This document shows positions 9,087 to 21,104 of a stretch of 64,000 bases of DNA, piece after piece. The DNA is from Candidatus Latescibacterota bacterium. Its GTDB lineage: Bacteria; Latescibacterota; UBA2968; UBA8231. The notes beneath the pieces are model-generated. The model was not told where the DNA came from and ran no database searches. It saw nothing but the letters and a program-made list of their open reading frames with translations. Each line of letters starts with the position of its first letter. The first letter of the stretch is position 1. The position numbers and the translations under genes are program-made. Where the stretch lies: assembly GCA_965219385.1 (NCBI GenBank), contig CBDCNM010000002.1:1792936-1856935 (forward strand), given 5' to 3'.

Positions 9087-9698
9087 TTGTTGGTCTGGAC
9101 GCAATTAAAAACCTGGATGAACGACGGTCTGCGGCCTCTGGCCCAGCTTTTCATCCGCATGGGGTTTCGTCCCGACTGGTTGACGCTGGCGGGTCTGGTC
9201 ATGAATCTGGTGGCAACCGCGGCCTTTGCAACAGCCAACTTGAGGTGGGGAGCGGCAATCATGCTTTTGGCAGGGCTCTGTGATATATTGGACGGCCAGG
9301 TGGCCAGGGAGGGGCGCAAGGAAACAAAATTTGGAGCTCTGCTCGATTCTACTACGGATCGTTACGCTGAAATATTCCTTTTCTTCGGCATAGGGGCCTA
9401 CCTGATCAGCCAGGATGCCTGGCCCGAAAGCGGGATTCTCTTCTTTGCCTTGACCGGGTCTTTGATGGTCAGCTATGTCAGGGCTCGGGCAGAAGGATTG
9501 GGGGAAGACTGCAAGGTTGGGTTTATGCAACGCCCTGCCCGGATTGTGGTTCTGGCCCTAGGGGGAATTGTCGGCCACGAGGGGCTCGTCGGAGTTCTTG
9601 TAGTACTGGCTGTGACGACGAACTACACGGTCATTGAGCGGCTTGCTCATATCCGCAAAAAGCTGAAGTCAAGTGCGGGTTCGACAGCATCTTTCTAG
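9087..9698 (+). CDS. CDP-alcohol phosphatidyltransferase
   Basis: Signature DILDGQVAR...GALLDSTTDR, plus SYVRARAE; multiple TM segments. Confidence 0.92.
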   Translation: MLVWTQLKTWMNDGLRPLAQLFIRMGFRPDWLTLAGLVMNLVATAAFATANLRWGAAIMLLAGLCDILDGQVAREGRKETKFGALLDSTTDRYAEIFLFFGIGAYLISQDAWPESGILFFALTGSLMVSYVRARAEGLGEDCKVGFMQRPARIVVLALGGIVGHEGLVGVLVVLAVTTNYTVIERLAHIRKKLKSSAGSTASF

Positions 9699-9766
9699 CG
9701 GCTCCGCAAGTTGGATATCCTCCTCTAAGATCCCACTGGAAACTACCAAACAACAGGTTTGCTCTC

Positions 9767-10441
9767 TTGCACAGAGCTTTGTTCATTGTCTATGAAGGAA
9801 TTGATGGTAGTGGAACGACAACCCAGAGCAAGCTTCTGGCGGATTATATCCAGGAAGAACTGGGCCATCCCGTGGTGTTTACCAGGGAGCCAGGGGGGAC
9901 CCCTTTGGCGGAAAGAATACGGGCCTTGGTCCTGGATCCCGAAGCCAGAGAAATGCACTGCAGGGCCGAATTGTTTCTGTATGCTGCCAGCAGGGCCCAG
10001 CATGTACAGGAGTTGATCAAACCGGCTTTGCAGACAGGGAGTCCGGTCATTTGCGATCGTTTTACGGACTCGACCTTGGCATACCAGGGGTATGGGCGCA
10101 ATCTGGACCTCGGACAGGTCGCAAAAATAAACGACATGGCCATTGAGAGCTGTTCTCCTGATCTGACGATTTATCTCGACCTGTCTGTAGAGGAGGCCAG
10201 GAAGCGACGCCAGGAAAGGGCTTCCCGACCGGATCGGTTGGAAAGTGCTGGAGAAGAACTCCAAGAACGGGTTTGCAGGGCCTATCGAAAGATCGCCAGC
10301 CAGAAACCAGAGACTTCATTGGTGCTGGATGCGGCTATGGGGGCTCGTGAACTGGCCGCTGTGATCCAGTCCGAACTCAGAGCCCGGTGGCCGGAATTCC
10401 CCTTTGGACACAATAAAGTAGAGAAGGGTTTGTCCTCATGA
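9767..10441 (+). CDS. tmk: Thymidylate kinase
   Basis: YEGIDGSGTTTQ P-loop, TREPGGT and DRFTDSTLAYQG. Confidence 0.95.
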   Translation: MHRALFIVYEGIDGSGTTTQSKLLADYIQEELGHPVVFTREPGGTPLAERIRALVLDPEAREMHCRAELFLYAASRAQHVQELIKPALQTGSPVICDRFTDSTLAYQGYGRNLDLGQVAKINDMAIESCSPDLTIYLDLSVEEARKRRQERASRPDRLESAGEELQERVCRAYRKIASQKPETSLVLDAAMGARELAAVIQSELRARWPEFPFGHNKVEKGLSS

Positions 10442-12327
10442 AAATCGTTTTTGATTGCGGATTTTTGGGTTTGCCTGCCCTGGTGATCCTCATCTGTCCG
10501 GCCCTGGTGATCCTCATCTGTCCGGCCCTGGTGTGGGCTAGTTCGGTGGATCCCTACGAAGAGGTAAACCACAGCTGGGAACAATTCGGTGCGGTGTACA
10601 CCCGCATACTGGATAACTATTACGCAGACCTGGACCAGAACCAGATCATGAGAGCAGCGATAGAGGGCATGCTTGAGGAACTGGACTCGTACAGCCAGTT
10701 CTACGACGAAGAAGGGTTGCGCCAGCTGCGCCAGGACACCTCGGGAAAGTTTGCCGGTCTGGGCATCACCGTAGGACTCAAGGACCACTACCCGGTGGTC
10801 ATTGCCCCCATCGAAGGTACCCCAGCATACCGTGCTGGTCTGGTACCGGGAGATTTGATTGTAAAGATAGAGAATCGGGATACCTTCGATCTCTCACTGA
10901 AAGAGGTGGTGGACATTCTTCGCGGAGAGCCGGGTACATCGGTGCGCATCAGGGTGGATCGAAAAGGGGGACCCCCAGCCTGGGATCTGGTCATCAAACG
11001 CGAAATCATAAAGATCAAGAGCGTAGTCCTGGCAGAGGAGATTCAGCCGGGCATTGGTTATATCAGCATGCGCCAGACCCGTTTTTCAGAGGATACGGCA
11101 AGGGAGGTAGAGGGAGCCATCAAAGATTTGAAGGCAAAGGGGGTGAAAGGGGCAATCTTCGACCTGCGAGGCAATCCGGGGGGGCTGTTGAGCCAGGCCA
11201 CTCAGGTGGCGGATTTGTTTCTCCCCAGAGAAGCCCCGATCGTTACCATAAAAGAGAAGGCTGGTGCCCGCGGGGAACTCAAACGTTCACAGAGGAGGCC
11301 CATAGCAGGAGACTGGATGCTGGTCGTGCTGATCGATGCCGGCAGTGCCAGCGCATCGGAGATTGTGGCCGGTGCCATTCAGGATAATGACCAGGGCGTG
11401 ATCATGGGTACCACTTCTTTTGGGAAAGGATCGGTGCAGACCATTTTTGATCTTCACGAAGCCGAGAACAGTGCGTTAAAATTAACCACAGCGCTGTATT
11501 ATACCCCGAGTGGACGCAGCATCCACCGCGAGAGCTTTGCCAACCTGGGAGGATTCCCTGTTAAAATCTCCTTTGGCGAGATAGAACTGCCCATAGGACT
11601 GGTGCTGGATCTCATCCTCAGAGCGCCGGACAGGGTCTGGGCCGAAACAGCCTTGCGAGCCCGTTTTGCACTGGAAGAGTTGCAGATTGGGCAGGTACTC
11701 TCAACCCCCCTAGGTGAGCTGATCGAGGCCCGTTCTGCTGGAGACAGCTTAGAGGACTCGGTCGAGATCTTTTACACCATGAAGGAAAGAAAGGTCTACG
11801 GCAGGGGGGGGATCTCGCCGGATATCACGGTCGAACCGATCCGTCCTCCAGGCTGCGTGCTTGAGCTGTACCGCCGTCGGCTATTCTTCGATTTTGTCGT
11901 GGATTATGTATCCAGGGATTCTGTCCTGGCTCAATCCGGTGTAGTCCCCGAGGTGGATGAGGCCATGCTGAGGGTTTTTGAGGATTTTGCTCGCGAGTCT
12001 GATGCGGATCCTGCTTCTCGCCAGGCCGGCCGGAAAGAGCTGGAGGCACTTGGGAAGGTGGTAGAGGAAATGGGGTGGAAAGAGTCCGTTCAGGTGTGGG
12101 TCGACAGTCTGGAAGCCAGCATTGAAGAGGAACGGGCCCGAGGGGTCACTGCCGGGGTTGAGCCGTATATAAAGGCTGCGCTCAGGCGGGAACTGGCGCT
12201 CAGGCTGGTAGGCAAGAAGGCCAGCCTGCTCATGGTTCTGGAAGAAGACGCTCAGTTTCAGGAAGCGGTTCGGTTGTTGCAGGCCCCACAGCGTTATAAC
12301 CAGGTGTTGCAAAAAGGGGCTTCTTAA
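10438..12327 (+). CDS. S41 family C-terminal processing protease (PDZ)
   Basis: Signal peptide, PDZ domain, DLRGNPGGLL, SASASEIVAGAIQD, SFGKGSVQ and YYTPSGRSI. Confidence 0.93.
   Translation: MKIVFDCGFLGLPALVILICPALVILICPALVWASSVDPYEEVNHSWEQFGAVYTRILDNYYADLDQNQIMRAAIEGMLEELDSYSQFYDEEGLRQLRQDTSGKFAGLGITVGLKDHYPVVIAPIEGTPAYRAGLVPGDLIVKIENRDTFDLSLKEVVDILRGEPGTSVRIRVDRKGGPPAWDLVIKREIIKIKSVVLAEEIQPGIGYISMRQTRFSEDTAREVEGAIKDLKAKGVKGAIFDLRGNPGGLLSQATQVADLFLPREAPIVTIKEKAGARGELKRSQRRPIAGDWMLVVLIDAGSASASEIVAGAIQDNDQGVIMGTTSFGKGSVQTIFDLHEAENSALKLTTALYYTPSGRSIHRESFANLGGFPVKISFGEIELPIGLVLDLILRAPDRVWAETALRARFALEELQIGQVLSTPLGELIEARSAGDSLEDSVEIFYTMKERKVYGRGGISPDITVEPIRPPGCVLELYRRRLFFDFVVDYVSRDSVLAQSGVVPEVDEAMLRVFEDFARESDADPASRQAGRKELEALGKVVEEMGWKESVQVWVDSLEASIEEERARGVTAGVEPYIKAALRRELALRLVGKKASLLMVLEEDAQFQEAVRLLQAPQRYNQVLQKGAS
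10477..10533 (+). repeat. 24-bp tandem repeat (about 2.4 copies) in the signal peptide
   Basis: GCCCTGGTGATCCTCATCTGTCCG twice plus GCCCTGGTG, encoding ALVILICP twice. Confidence 0.95.
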
Positions 12328-12358
12328 ACTAAAATCGGGAAAAACTTGCAAAAACTCC

Positions 12359-13048
12359 TTGCTCGCCTTCGCTTGCTTTGTTAGTATATAATATGATTAG
12401 GAAAGAAAAGCTTTTTTTAATCTTTGTGACATAATCAAAAACCAGAATTTGCGCGATTAGGGAATGCGCTTGTTCAGGGCCCTCCCTTCTTTTTCTCGCT
12501 ATAACTTTTTCAACACTGTATCGGAGTATCGGAAATTTTTAGCATCAAGCCTTCAGGTTGCATGGAATCAACTGCACAAAGGTGCTCTATGTCCACAGGT
12601 TTCCACCTGAGTCTTTTGCCTGTGCTCATGGCTTCCGGCCAGGAGTACTCATGGTCTAAGTTCTCCATGTACCCGCACAATTATTGCTGGACCCTGCTGG
12701 TACGGGATATAAAGCAGGGATTGGGGGCTGCGGTCCAAAACCAGGAACAGCCGCATAACCCATTGCCTCAAGCGGTTTGCAAACAGCTCCGACGACCTGA
12801 TTTCAACGGCCTGGCAAATTTCCAGCATGTCAAGAAAACAAATGCGAGATTAGGTACAACAGGTCGACCAGACCTTATCCCCTCCCTGAAAAAGCCCTCC
12901 AGATCTTTTTCTAAAGGTATTTTATAACCTTGTGAAAAAGGCCCTGCGCCTTTCCCTGATCGCAAAAAGACTTCTGGTCCGAACCACAGATGGGCGGCCT
13001 ATGCTCTACCTGGGGATGGGCTTTACATTTTTGATCAGGGAAGGTTGC
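12359..13048 (+). promoter_or_regulatory. Putative promoter and long structured 5' leader of the RNase E/G gene
   Basis: TTGCTC-N17-TAGTAT at 12359-12387, several stems, and a 12950-12961/13033-13044 pairing that covers the RBS. Confidence 0.45.
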
Positions 13049-14575
13049 ATGCGGACAGAAATATTCATAAACGAAGGGATTCACGAATCCCGGATTGCCA
13101 TAGTAGAAGACGGAGTCCTCGCCGAAATCTGGGTTGAAAGGCCGGAACACGCACGCATGGTGGGCGATATCTACAAAGGGATAGTAACGGCGGTCCTGCC
13201 CAGTTTACAGGCGGCTTTTGTCGATATCGGTATCGAGCGCACCGCCTTTCTCCAGGCCCGCGACATGGTGGTGGCGGACAGCATGGAAACAACAGAGGCC
13301 GGCAACTCTCGCAACGGCCGTCGGCCCCGCAATTACCCGTCCATTCAAGAACTCACCAAAAAGGGAGAGGCGCTGCTGGTGCAGATCGCCAAAGAGCCGA
13401 TCGGCACCAAGGGCGCCCGAGTCACCACCCAGCTATCCATTCCAGGACGCTTTGTAGTTCTGGTGCCCGGGGGCGACTGGGTTGGGGTCTCGCGCAAAAT
13501 TTCCAGCTGGAGCGAGCGTCGCCGGCTGCGAGAACTGGTGAACAGCATTCGGCCCCCAGGCTACTCCGTAATCGTGCGCACCGAAGGCCTCAATAAGTCG
13601 GAGAAGGAGTTCAAGCGGGATCTGAGGTATCTGGTGAAGGCCTACGAGCGTTTAAATCGGGCCAACCGGCGCCTGCGGACTCCAGATCTGGTCCACAAGG
13701 AACTGGGCATGACTTCCAGTGTGATCCGGGATCTTTTTACCGAGGATGTGGACCGTCTGGTGGTGGATACCAAGGAGTTGCACAAAGAGATTGTATCCTA
13801 CCTGCGCACGGTTTCACCGGAACTGCGGAAGAGGGTCGAGTACTACCACGACAGGCGTCCTATCTTCGATGCATTCCACATCGAGGAAGCCCTGGAAAAA
13901 GCCAACAACCGCATGGTGTGGTTGCGCAAAGGGGGCACTCTGGTCGTTGATCACCCGGAGGCCGGCACCTTCATCGACGTAAATTCAGCCCGGTCAGTCG
14001 GTTCCAGGGATCAGGAGGAGAGCAACCTGAACACCAACCTGGAAGCAGCCCGCGAAATCGCCCGTTTGCTCCGCCTGCGCGACATTGGCGGCATCATCGT
14101 CATTGATTTTATAGACATGAACGAAGAGAAGAGCCGCCGGCGGGTGATCGAGAGACTGATCGAAGAAGTGAAAAAGGACCGGGCGAAGATATCCGTCAGC
14201 CCCCAAATCAGTGAATTCGGTCTGGCAGAGATGACCCGCCAACGGGTGCGCCCGAACCTGTTGCACACCCACAGCGAGCCCTGTCCGACCTGCCAGGGTA
14301 TGGGCCGGGTGATGGGCCCCGATACCACGGTCACCAAGATTGAGCGCTGGTTGCAGCGCTCCCATGCCGCCAGTGGAGAACGTCGTTATTTGCTGAAGGT
14401 CCATCCGGATGTAGCCAGGTACATGCGCGAAGAGCGGGACGCCCGGCTCAAGTCCATTCGCAAGGCGACAAAAGCACGGCTGGAACTGGAGCTCGACGCC
14501 ACCCTTTCCCCTGAGGACTACCGTTTCTTTTCCGAAAAGCGCAATCTGGACGTGACCGCCGAGTTCAGGGTTTGA
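13049..14575 (+). CDS. Rne/Rng family ribonuclease
   Basis: S1 domain VGDIYKG...AAFVDIG, KEPIGTKGARVT, IDVNS, LRLRDIGGIIVIDFIDM and CPTCQG. Start moved to ATG 13049 (GGAAGG RBS). Confidence 0.93.
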   Translation: MRTEIFINEGIHESRIAIVEDGVLAEIWVERPEHARMVGDIYKGIVTAVLPSLQAAFVDIGIERTAFLQARDMVVADSMETTEAGNSRNGRRPRNYPSIQELTKKGEALLVQIAKEPIGTKGARVTTQLSIPGRFVVLVPGGDWVGVSRKISSWSERRRLRELVNSIRPPGYSVIVRTEGLNKSEKEFKRDLRYLVKAYERLNRANRRLRTPDLVHKELGMTSSVIRDLFTEDVDRLVVDTKELHKEIVSYLRTVSPELRKRVEYYHDRRPIFDAFHIEEALEKANNRMVWLRKGGTLVVDHPEAGTFIDVNSARSVGSRDQEESNLNTNLEAAREIARLLRLRDIGGIIVIDFIDMNEEKSRRRVIERLIEEVKKDRAKISVSPQISEFGLAEMTRQRVRPNLLHTHSEPCPTCQGMGRVMGPDTTVTKIERWLQRSHAASGERRYLLKVHPDVARYMREERDARLKSIRKATKARLELELDATLSPEDYRFFSEKRNLDVTAEFRV

Positions 14576-14600
14576 CAGATTCTGGGAAAGAGCTTACTTT
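14572..14600 (+). promoter_or_regulatory. Putative sigma70 promoter of rplU-rpmA
   Basis: TTGACA-N17-TACTTT. Confidence 0.6.
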
Positions 14601-14631
14601 TCTCTTTCCTACGAATTCTTAGGAGAATGGC

Positions 14632-14982
14632 ATGTACGCAGTAGTCAAAATCGCCGACAAGCAGGTGCAGGTGAACAAGGGCTTGCGGCTGAAGGTGCCC
14701 AAGCTGGACCTCCAGGAGGGGGCCACGCACCGGTTCACGGATGTCCTGCTGGTCTCCGAAGAGGGTCAGATCCATGTAGGAAATCCGCTGGTTCCTGGTG
14801 CTGCGGTCGAAGCCACCGTGCTCGGGCACGGCCAGGGTGAGAAGGTGATTGTCTTTAAGATGAAGCGACGCAAGAAATACCGCCGGCGCAATGGCCATCG
14901 GCAGTATTACACCGAAATCGAGGTAGGGGATATTCAGCTGGAGGGGGTGGCCCCGGTCCTGGAAGGCACAGCAGAGGAGTGA
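14632..14982 (+). CDS. rplU: 50S ribosomal protein L21
   Basis: MYAVV...KQVQV and KVIVFKMKRRKKYRRRNGHRQYYT. Confidence 0.97.
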   Translation: MYAVVKIADKQVQVNKGLRLKVPKLDLQEGATHRFTDVLLVSEEGQIHVGNPLVPGAAVEATVLGHGQGEKVIVFKMKRRKKYRRRNGHRQYYTEIEVGDIQLEGVAPVLEGTAEE

Positions 14983-14985
14983 GAG

Positions 14986-15240
14986 ATGGCCCATAAGAAA
15001 GGTGTTGGCAGTTCGAGAAATGGCCGCGACAGTCAGTCCAAACGGTTGGGGGTCAAATGCTATGGCGGCGAAAGGGTCACGGCTGGAACCATCCTGGTTC
15101 GGCAGCGTGGCACCAGGATTCATCCGGGTATAAATGTCAGAAAGGGAGGCGATGATACCCTCTTTGCGCTGGTTGATGGAGCCGTCCAGTACGAGAACTG
15201 GGGCAAGGGCCGCAAACGCGTGAGTGTGCACGCGGCCTGA
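14986..15240 (+). CDS. rpmA: 50S ribosomal protein L27
   Basis: [24 protein letters not shown]. Confidence 0.98.
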   Translation: MAHKKGVGSSRNGRDSQSKRLGVKCYGGERVTAGTILVRQRGTRIHPGINVRKGGDDTLFALVDGAVQYENWGKGRKRVSVHAA

Positions 15241-15356
15241 GTATCCTGGCGCTCCCTCAAAGGGTTTGAAGCGGCGGCCGTTTTGTCCAGTTCGGCGGCC
15301 GTTTTATTTTGTCTCTGGCTCTAGGTGGGAGGGGACTTATCTCGGGGAAAAATCCT

Positions 15357-15385
15357 TTGACGGAAAGGTGGGGAGGGATTATTTT
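15357..15385 (+). promoter_or_regulatory. Putative sigma70 promoter of the frd operon
   Basis: TTGACG-N17-TATTTT. Confidence 0.5.
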
Positions 15386-15459
15386 TTCCACTGTGGCAGG
15401 TGGATCCCACCGACATTCTAAGAAGGTAAGAAGGCTTCGGTAAGAGCCGAACTAAACCT

Positions 15460-17166
15460 ATGAATGGACCTGTACATGACGTCCTGGTTGTGGGTGGCGG
15501 CGGCGCGGGTCTGCGCGCGGCGATTGCCGTGGCCGAGGAACACGAAAATCTCAGCATCGGGATGATCTCCAAGGTCTACCCTATGCGGAGCCATACGGTT
15601 TCGGCCGAGGGTGGTTCCGCGGCTGTGATGCGCGACGACGACGACTTCGATTCCCATGCCTACGACACCATCAAGGGAAGCGATTTTCTAGCCGACCAGG
15701 ATGTGGTCGAGACCTTTGTCAAGGAGGCCCGGGACGAAGTGATCCAGCTGGAACACTGGGGGTGTCCCTGGAGCAGAGATCCGGACGGGCGGGTGAGCGT
15801 GCGGGCCTTTGGAGGCATGACGGTGAAGCGGACCCTGTACGCGGCGGACAAGACTGGATTTCACATGCTGCACGCCCTGTTCCAGACCTCCTTGAAGTAC
15901 CAGCGCATCGTCCGCTACGACGAGTGGTACGTCACCTCGTTGATCGAAGACGGGGGTAGGGTGTGCGGGGTGACCGCCTTGAATCTGCGCTCGGGGGACA
16001 TCCATGCCATTCCAGCCAAGTCCGTGATCGTCTGTACAGGGGGAGGGGGCCGGATCTTCCCCTTTACCACCAATGCGGCCATCAAGACCGGAGATGGCAT
16101 GGCCCTGGCCTACAGGGTCGGGTGCCCCTTGAAAGACATGGAATTCGTCCAGTACCATCCGACCGGACTGCCCGGAACCGGTATCCTCATGACCGAAGCC
16201 TCCCGCGGGGAGGGGGGGTACCTGATCAACAACAAGGGGGACCGCTATCTGAGCGAGTACCTGCCCAGCAAGATGGAGCTGGGACCCCGGGACATGGTTT
16301 CCCGGGCCTTTGTCCACGAGGAACGGGCCGGGCGGGTCTTCGAGGGCCCCTACGGGACCTATGTCCACCTGGATTTGCGGCACCTGGGGGAAAAGAAGAT
16401 TGACGAGCGCATCCCTTTCGTGCGCGAGCTGACCAAGAATTATGTGGGAATTGATCCGGTCCACGAACCGGTACCCGTGCGCCCGGTGGTCCACTACATG
16501 ATGGGTGGGGTGCACACAGATATAACCGGGGCGACGCCGATTCCAGGCCTTTTCGCGGCCGGGGAAACCGCCTGCGTCAGCATCAACGGAGCGAATCGTC
16601 TGGGCTCCAACTCCCTCTCCGAATGCCTGGTGTTCGGCGCGCGCGCGGGCAGGGCGGCAGCGGTTCACGCCCGGGAGCAGGGAAACCCCTCGGGCAATGC
16701 CCTGGAGAGCCGTGCCAGAGACGAGCAGCAGCGGATTGCCGACCGTTTTTTCAAGTCTGACGGCCGGGAGCGGGTGGCCGATATACGCACCGACCTGCAG
16801 AAGGCCATGGAGCGCGGGGCCGGCATCTACCGCACCGAAGAGGAACTCAAAGAGACGTGCGCCCAGTTCCCCCTGCTGCGGGAGCGCTACGACCGCGTCA
16901 AGCTGGACGACCATTCAGAGGTGTTTAACACCGAACTCCCCGCAGCGGTTGAATTGGGTTGTATGCTGGACGTGGCCGAGACCGTGGCTCATTCAGCCCT
17001 GATGCGGCGGGAGTCGAGGGGATCTCACTCCCGTTCAGACTTTGAGGAGCGCGACGACGAGCGCTTTTTGCAGCACTCGCTGGCTTATCGAACCGACGAG
17101 GCACCGCGCGTCGAATACCTGCCCGCGACCATAACCCGCTGGCAGCCCGAAGAGCGCAAGTACTGA
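15460..17166 (+). CDS. frdA: Fumarate reductase/succinate dehydrogenase flavoprotein
   Basis: [17 protein letters not shown] (covalent FAD His), [21 protein letters not shown] and ESRGSH. Confidence 0.93.
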   Translation: MNGPVHDVLVVGGGGAGLRAAIAVAEEHENLSIGMISKVYPMRSHTVSAEGGSAAVMRDDDDFDSHAYDTIKGSDFLADQDVVETFVKEARDEVIQLEHWGCPWSRDPDGRVSVRAFGGMTVKRTLYAADKTGFHMLHALFQTSLKYQRIVRYDEWYVTSLIEDGGRVCGVTALNLRSGDIHAIPAKSVIVCTGGGGRIFPFTTNAAIKTGDGMALAYRVGCPLKDMEFVQYHPTGLPGTGILMTEASRGEGGYLINNKGDRYLSEYLPSKMELGPRDMVSRAFVHEERAGRVFEGPYGTYVHLDLRHLGEKKIDERIPFVRELTKNYVGIDPVHEPVPVRPVVHYMMGGVHTDITGATPIPGLFAAGETACVSINGANRLGSNSLSECLVFGARAGRAAAVHAREQGNPSGNALESRARDEQQRIADRFFKSDGRERVADIRTDLQKAMERGAGIYRTEEELKETCAQFPLLRERYDRVKLDDHSEVFNTELPAAVELGCMLDVAETVAHSALMRRESRGSHSRSDFEERDDERFLQHSLAYRTDEAPRVEYLPATITRWQPEERKY

Positions 17167-17185
17167 GTCTCCACGAAAGGTTTCC

Positions 17186-17932
17186 ATGAGTGAACAGACC
17201 ATCACCATGCAGGTGACCCGGTACCGTCCGGAACAGGAAGAGGAGCCCACCTTGCAGACCTACGAGGTTCCCTTCACAGAGGACTGGGTGGTCCTGGACG
17301 CCCTCAATTACATCAAGGACCAGCAAGACGGCACCCTCTCCTATCGCTGGTCGTGCCGCATGGGGGTGTGCGGCAGTTGTGGCATGCTGGTCAACGGCGA
17401 GCCCAAACTGACCTGTGCCACCTTTCTGCGCGACTACTATCCGGGCGAGATGCGGGTGGAACCTCTGGCCAACTTTCCGGTCGTCCGCGACTTGGTCATC
17501 GATATGGAGGATTTTCTGGAGAAGTTTCAAGCGGTCAAACCTTGGATTGTCCGCCAGGAAGAAAAACCCGTGGAGGAAGGCGAGTACCTCCAGACTCCGG
17601 AGCAGTTGTCCGAGTTCAAGCAGTTCAGCATGTGCATCAACTGCATGCTCTGCTATGCCGCCTGCCCGGTGTACGGACCCGAATCCGAGTTTATCGGCCC
17701 GGCCGCCCTGGCCCTGGCCCACCGCTACAACCTGGATTCCAGGGATGAGGGCAAAGAGGAACGCCAGGAGGTCATCGCCAGCGAGGCCGGGATTTGGAAT
17801 TGCACCTTTGTGGGTGAGTGCTCCGAGGTCTGCCCCAAAGACGTGGACCCGGCCGCGGCCATACAGCGCACCAAGGTCGCCACCACCGGGGACTGGTTCA
17901 AGTCGTTCCTTTTGCCCGGGAGGAAAAAATGA
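17186..17932 (+). CDS. frdB: Fumarate reductase iron-sulfur subunit
   Basis: [22 protein letters not shown] and [14 protein letters not shown]. Confidence 0.93.
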   Translation: MSEQTITMQVTRYRPEQEEEPTLQTYEVPFTEDWVVLDALNYIKDQQDGTLSYRWSCRMGVCGSCGMLVNGEPKLTCATFLRDYYPGEMRVEPLANFPVVRDLVIDMEDFLEKFQAVKPWIVRQEEKPVEEGEYLQTPEQLSEFKQFSMCINCMLCYAACPVYGPESEFIGPAALALAHRYNLDSRDEGKEERQEVIASEAGIWNCTFVGECSEVCPKDVDPAAAIQRTKVATTGDWFKSFLLPGRKK

Positions 17933-18351
17933 ACCGACGCCAGGGGGAGCGTGGATACTACAGGTACAAAGCCTACATTCCTTCCAGGCCGTCCACCTGG
18001 TGGCTGCGCAACCTCAAGTACTTCCTGTTTATGATGCGGGAGTTGAGCAGTGTTTTTATCGCTGCCTTCCTGCTTGTGTATCTCTACGGGTTTTTCTTGC
18101 TGTCCAAGGGGGCCACTGTACACGAAGCCTTCCAGGTATCGCTGCGCTCACCCGCCGTCATTGTCTTCTACGCGGTTTCTCTGGTCTTTGCTCTGTACCA
18201 CACCATCACCTGGTTTGGGGTGATGGGGCGGATTCAGGTGGTGCGTCTGGGCAAGTTAAAGGTTCCTCCGGCCCTGGTCACGGCCGGCGCCTTTGCCGGG
18301 TGGATTGCGGTTTCGGCGGTTATCGGATACTTTTTCTTCCAGGTGTTGTGA
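17929..18351 (+). CDS. frdC: Fumarate reductase membrane anchor subunit C
   Basis: TWWL...[13 protein letters not shown]...LYHTITWF with 3 TM segments. ATG 17929 overlaps the frdB stop. Confidence 0.85.
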   Translation: MNRRQGERGYYRYKAYIPSRPSTWWLRNLKYFLFMMRELSSVFIAAFLLVYLYGFFLLSKGATVHEAFQVSLRSPAVIVFYAVSLVFALYHTITWFGVMGRIQVVRLGKLKVPPALVTAGAFAGWIAVSAVIGYFFFQVL

Positions 18352-18352
18352 G

Positions 18353-18715
18353 ATGGTGGACAAAAAAGACAGCAAGGAACCTTTCTGGTGGAGCATGTTT
18401 TCGCTGGGCGGGGTGGTCGCTGCCCTGCTGGTACCGATCCACATTTTTGTAGCGGGCCTGGCCGTGCCCCTCGGCCTGATCGAACCCCAGACCCTGAGCT
18501 ACGAGAGCATGCGGCCCCTGATTGCTCATCCGCTCGTCAAGTTCTACCTTTTCGTCCTGGTGGTTCTGCCTCTGTACCACGCAGCGCACCGGATTCGGTT
18601 TTCCCTGTACGAGCTGGGGGTGCGCGAGTTTCGCATCTCCATGGACGTGCTTTGTTACGGCGGGGCCTTGATCGGCACGGCTCTCACTGCGTACATTCTG
18701 CTGAAAGTATTGTAA
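18353..18715 (+). CDS. frdD: Fumarate reductase membrane anchor subunit D
   Basis: EPFWWSMFSLGG...LPLYHAAHRI...LCYG; ATG at 18353. Confidence 0.87.
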   Translation: MVDKKDSKEPFWWSMFSLGGVVAALLVPIHIFVAGLAVPLGLIEPQTLSYESMRPLIAHPLVKFYLFVLVVLPLYHAAHRIRFSLYELGVREFRISMDVLCYGGALIGTALTAYILLKVL

Positions 18716-18931
18716 AACTGCACCCTCTCCCAGCTGCTGCGCTCGCTCGCAGTTCCCACCGTCCTGCCGACAACATCCCCTTCCGGCTTCGAGTCCGGTT
18801 TGTTCACGCGGTTTCATCAATCTACGGATGATCAGTATTGCGCGGATTGAAGGTGGCCGTGCAGGGCTTGCGCCTCTGGGGTTGGGTGCGTCCCGGCCGG
18901 TAAACCGACGGCTTGCCACGAGCGGAAAGAC

Positions 18932-20092
<1,161 letters not shown>

Positions 20093-20104
20093 GGGAAACG
20101 AAAA

Positions 20105-20971
20105 ATGAGCATTTGGGTGGGTGAAAGTACCAGATTGGTGGTGCAGGGAATCACCGGTAGCGAGGGGTCCTTCCACACCCGGCAAATGGCAGATTACGGC
20201 ACCCGGATCGTGGCGGGGGTAACACCGGGTAAGGGAGGTCAGGAATTCGAGGGAATACCTGTTTTCGACACGGTCTGCCAGGCCGCTGACGTCGGCGCCA
20301 ATGTCTCCGTCATCTTTGTGCCGCCCCCCTTTGCGGCCGATGCTATCATGGAGGCCGCCGAAGCCGGTATAGAACTGGTAGTGTGCATCACCGAGGGCAT
20401 CCCCACGGCCGATATGGTGCGGGTCCACCACTACCTGCAGAGCCGCCCCACCCGTTTGCTCGGTCCCAACTGCCCCGGGATAATATCTCCGGGCAAGTGC
20501 AAGATCGGCATCATGCCGGGATTCATCCACACCCCCGGCAAGGTAGGGGTGATTTCGCGTAGCGGCACCCTCACCTACGAGGCCGTGGGCCAGCTGAGCG
20601 AGCGTGGCATCGGCCAGTCCACCTGCATCGGCATAGGGGGCGATCCCATCATCGGCACCCGCTTCGTGGACGCTCTCAAGCTGTTCAGAAAGGACGAAGA
20701 CACCGAAGCGGTGGTAATGATCGGCGAGATCGGCGGCACGGCCGAGGAAGAGGCGGCCGCCTACATCCGGCGCTACTACGACAAGCCGGTGGTCGGCTTC
20801 ATCGCCGGCCGCACCGCGCCCCCCGGCCGGCGCATGGGTCATGCCGGGGCCATTATCGCCGGGGGCAAGGGCACGGCCGGCGAAAAGATGAAGGCCATGA
20901 GTCGCGCCGGCATCCACGTGTGCGAAAGTCCGGCGGAAATCGGCGCGACCGTGGAGGCGGCACTGGGCTGA
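20105..20971 (+). CDS. sucD: Succinyl-CoA synthetase alpha subunit
   Basis: [21 protein letters not shown] and RRMGHAGA (phospho-His). Confidence 0.98.
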   Translation: MSIWVGESTRLVVQGITGSEGSFHTRQMADYGTRIVAGVTPGKGGQEFEGIPVFDTVCQAADVGANVSVIFVPPPFAADAIMEAAEAGIELVVCITEGIPTADMVRVHHYLQSRPTRLLGPNCPGIISPGKCKIGIMPGFIHTPGKVGVISRSGTLTYEAVGQLSERGIGQSTCIGIGGDPIIGTRFVDALKLFRKDEDTEAVVMIGEIGGTAEEEAAAYIRRYYDKPVVGFIAGRTAPPGRRMGHAGAIIAGGKGTAGEKMKAMSRAGIHVCESPAEIGATVEAALG

Positions 20972-21057
20972 TAGAGCTGGAACAGTATCAGGACTTGACG
21001 AAATCGGCGAACGGCGGGGACATTGCCCCCGGCGTTTTACATCCATACGCGGACATT

Positions 21058-21104
21058 AAAACCCCGTCTTCTGCTGGATTGGCAACAGAAGGCGGGGTTT
21101 TTTT
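21058..21104. terminator. Intrinsic terminator between convergent sucD and CPBP genes
   Basis: AAAACCCCGTCTTCTG...CAGAAGGCGGGGTTTTTTT hairpin with a T-tract. Confidence 0.8.

Noticed and set aside
12562..12927. 121-aa plus-strand ORF upstream of the RNase E/G gene
   Set aside because: No recognisable motif or convincing RBS; the region is better explained as a structured leader.
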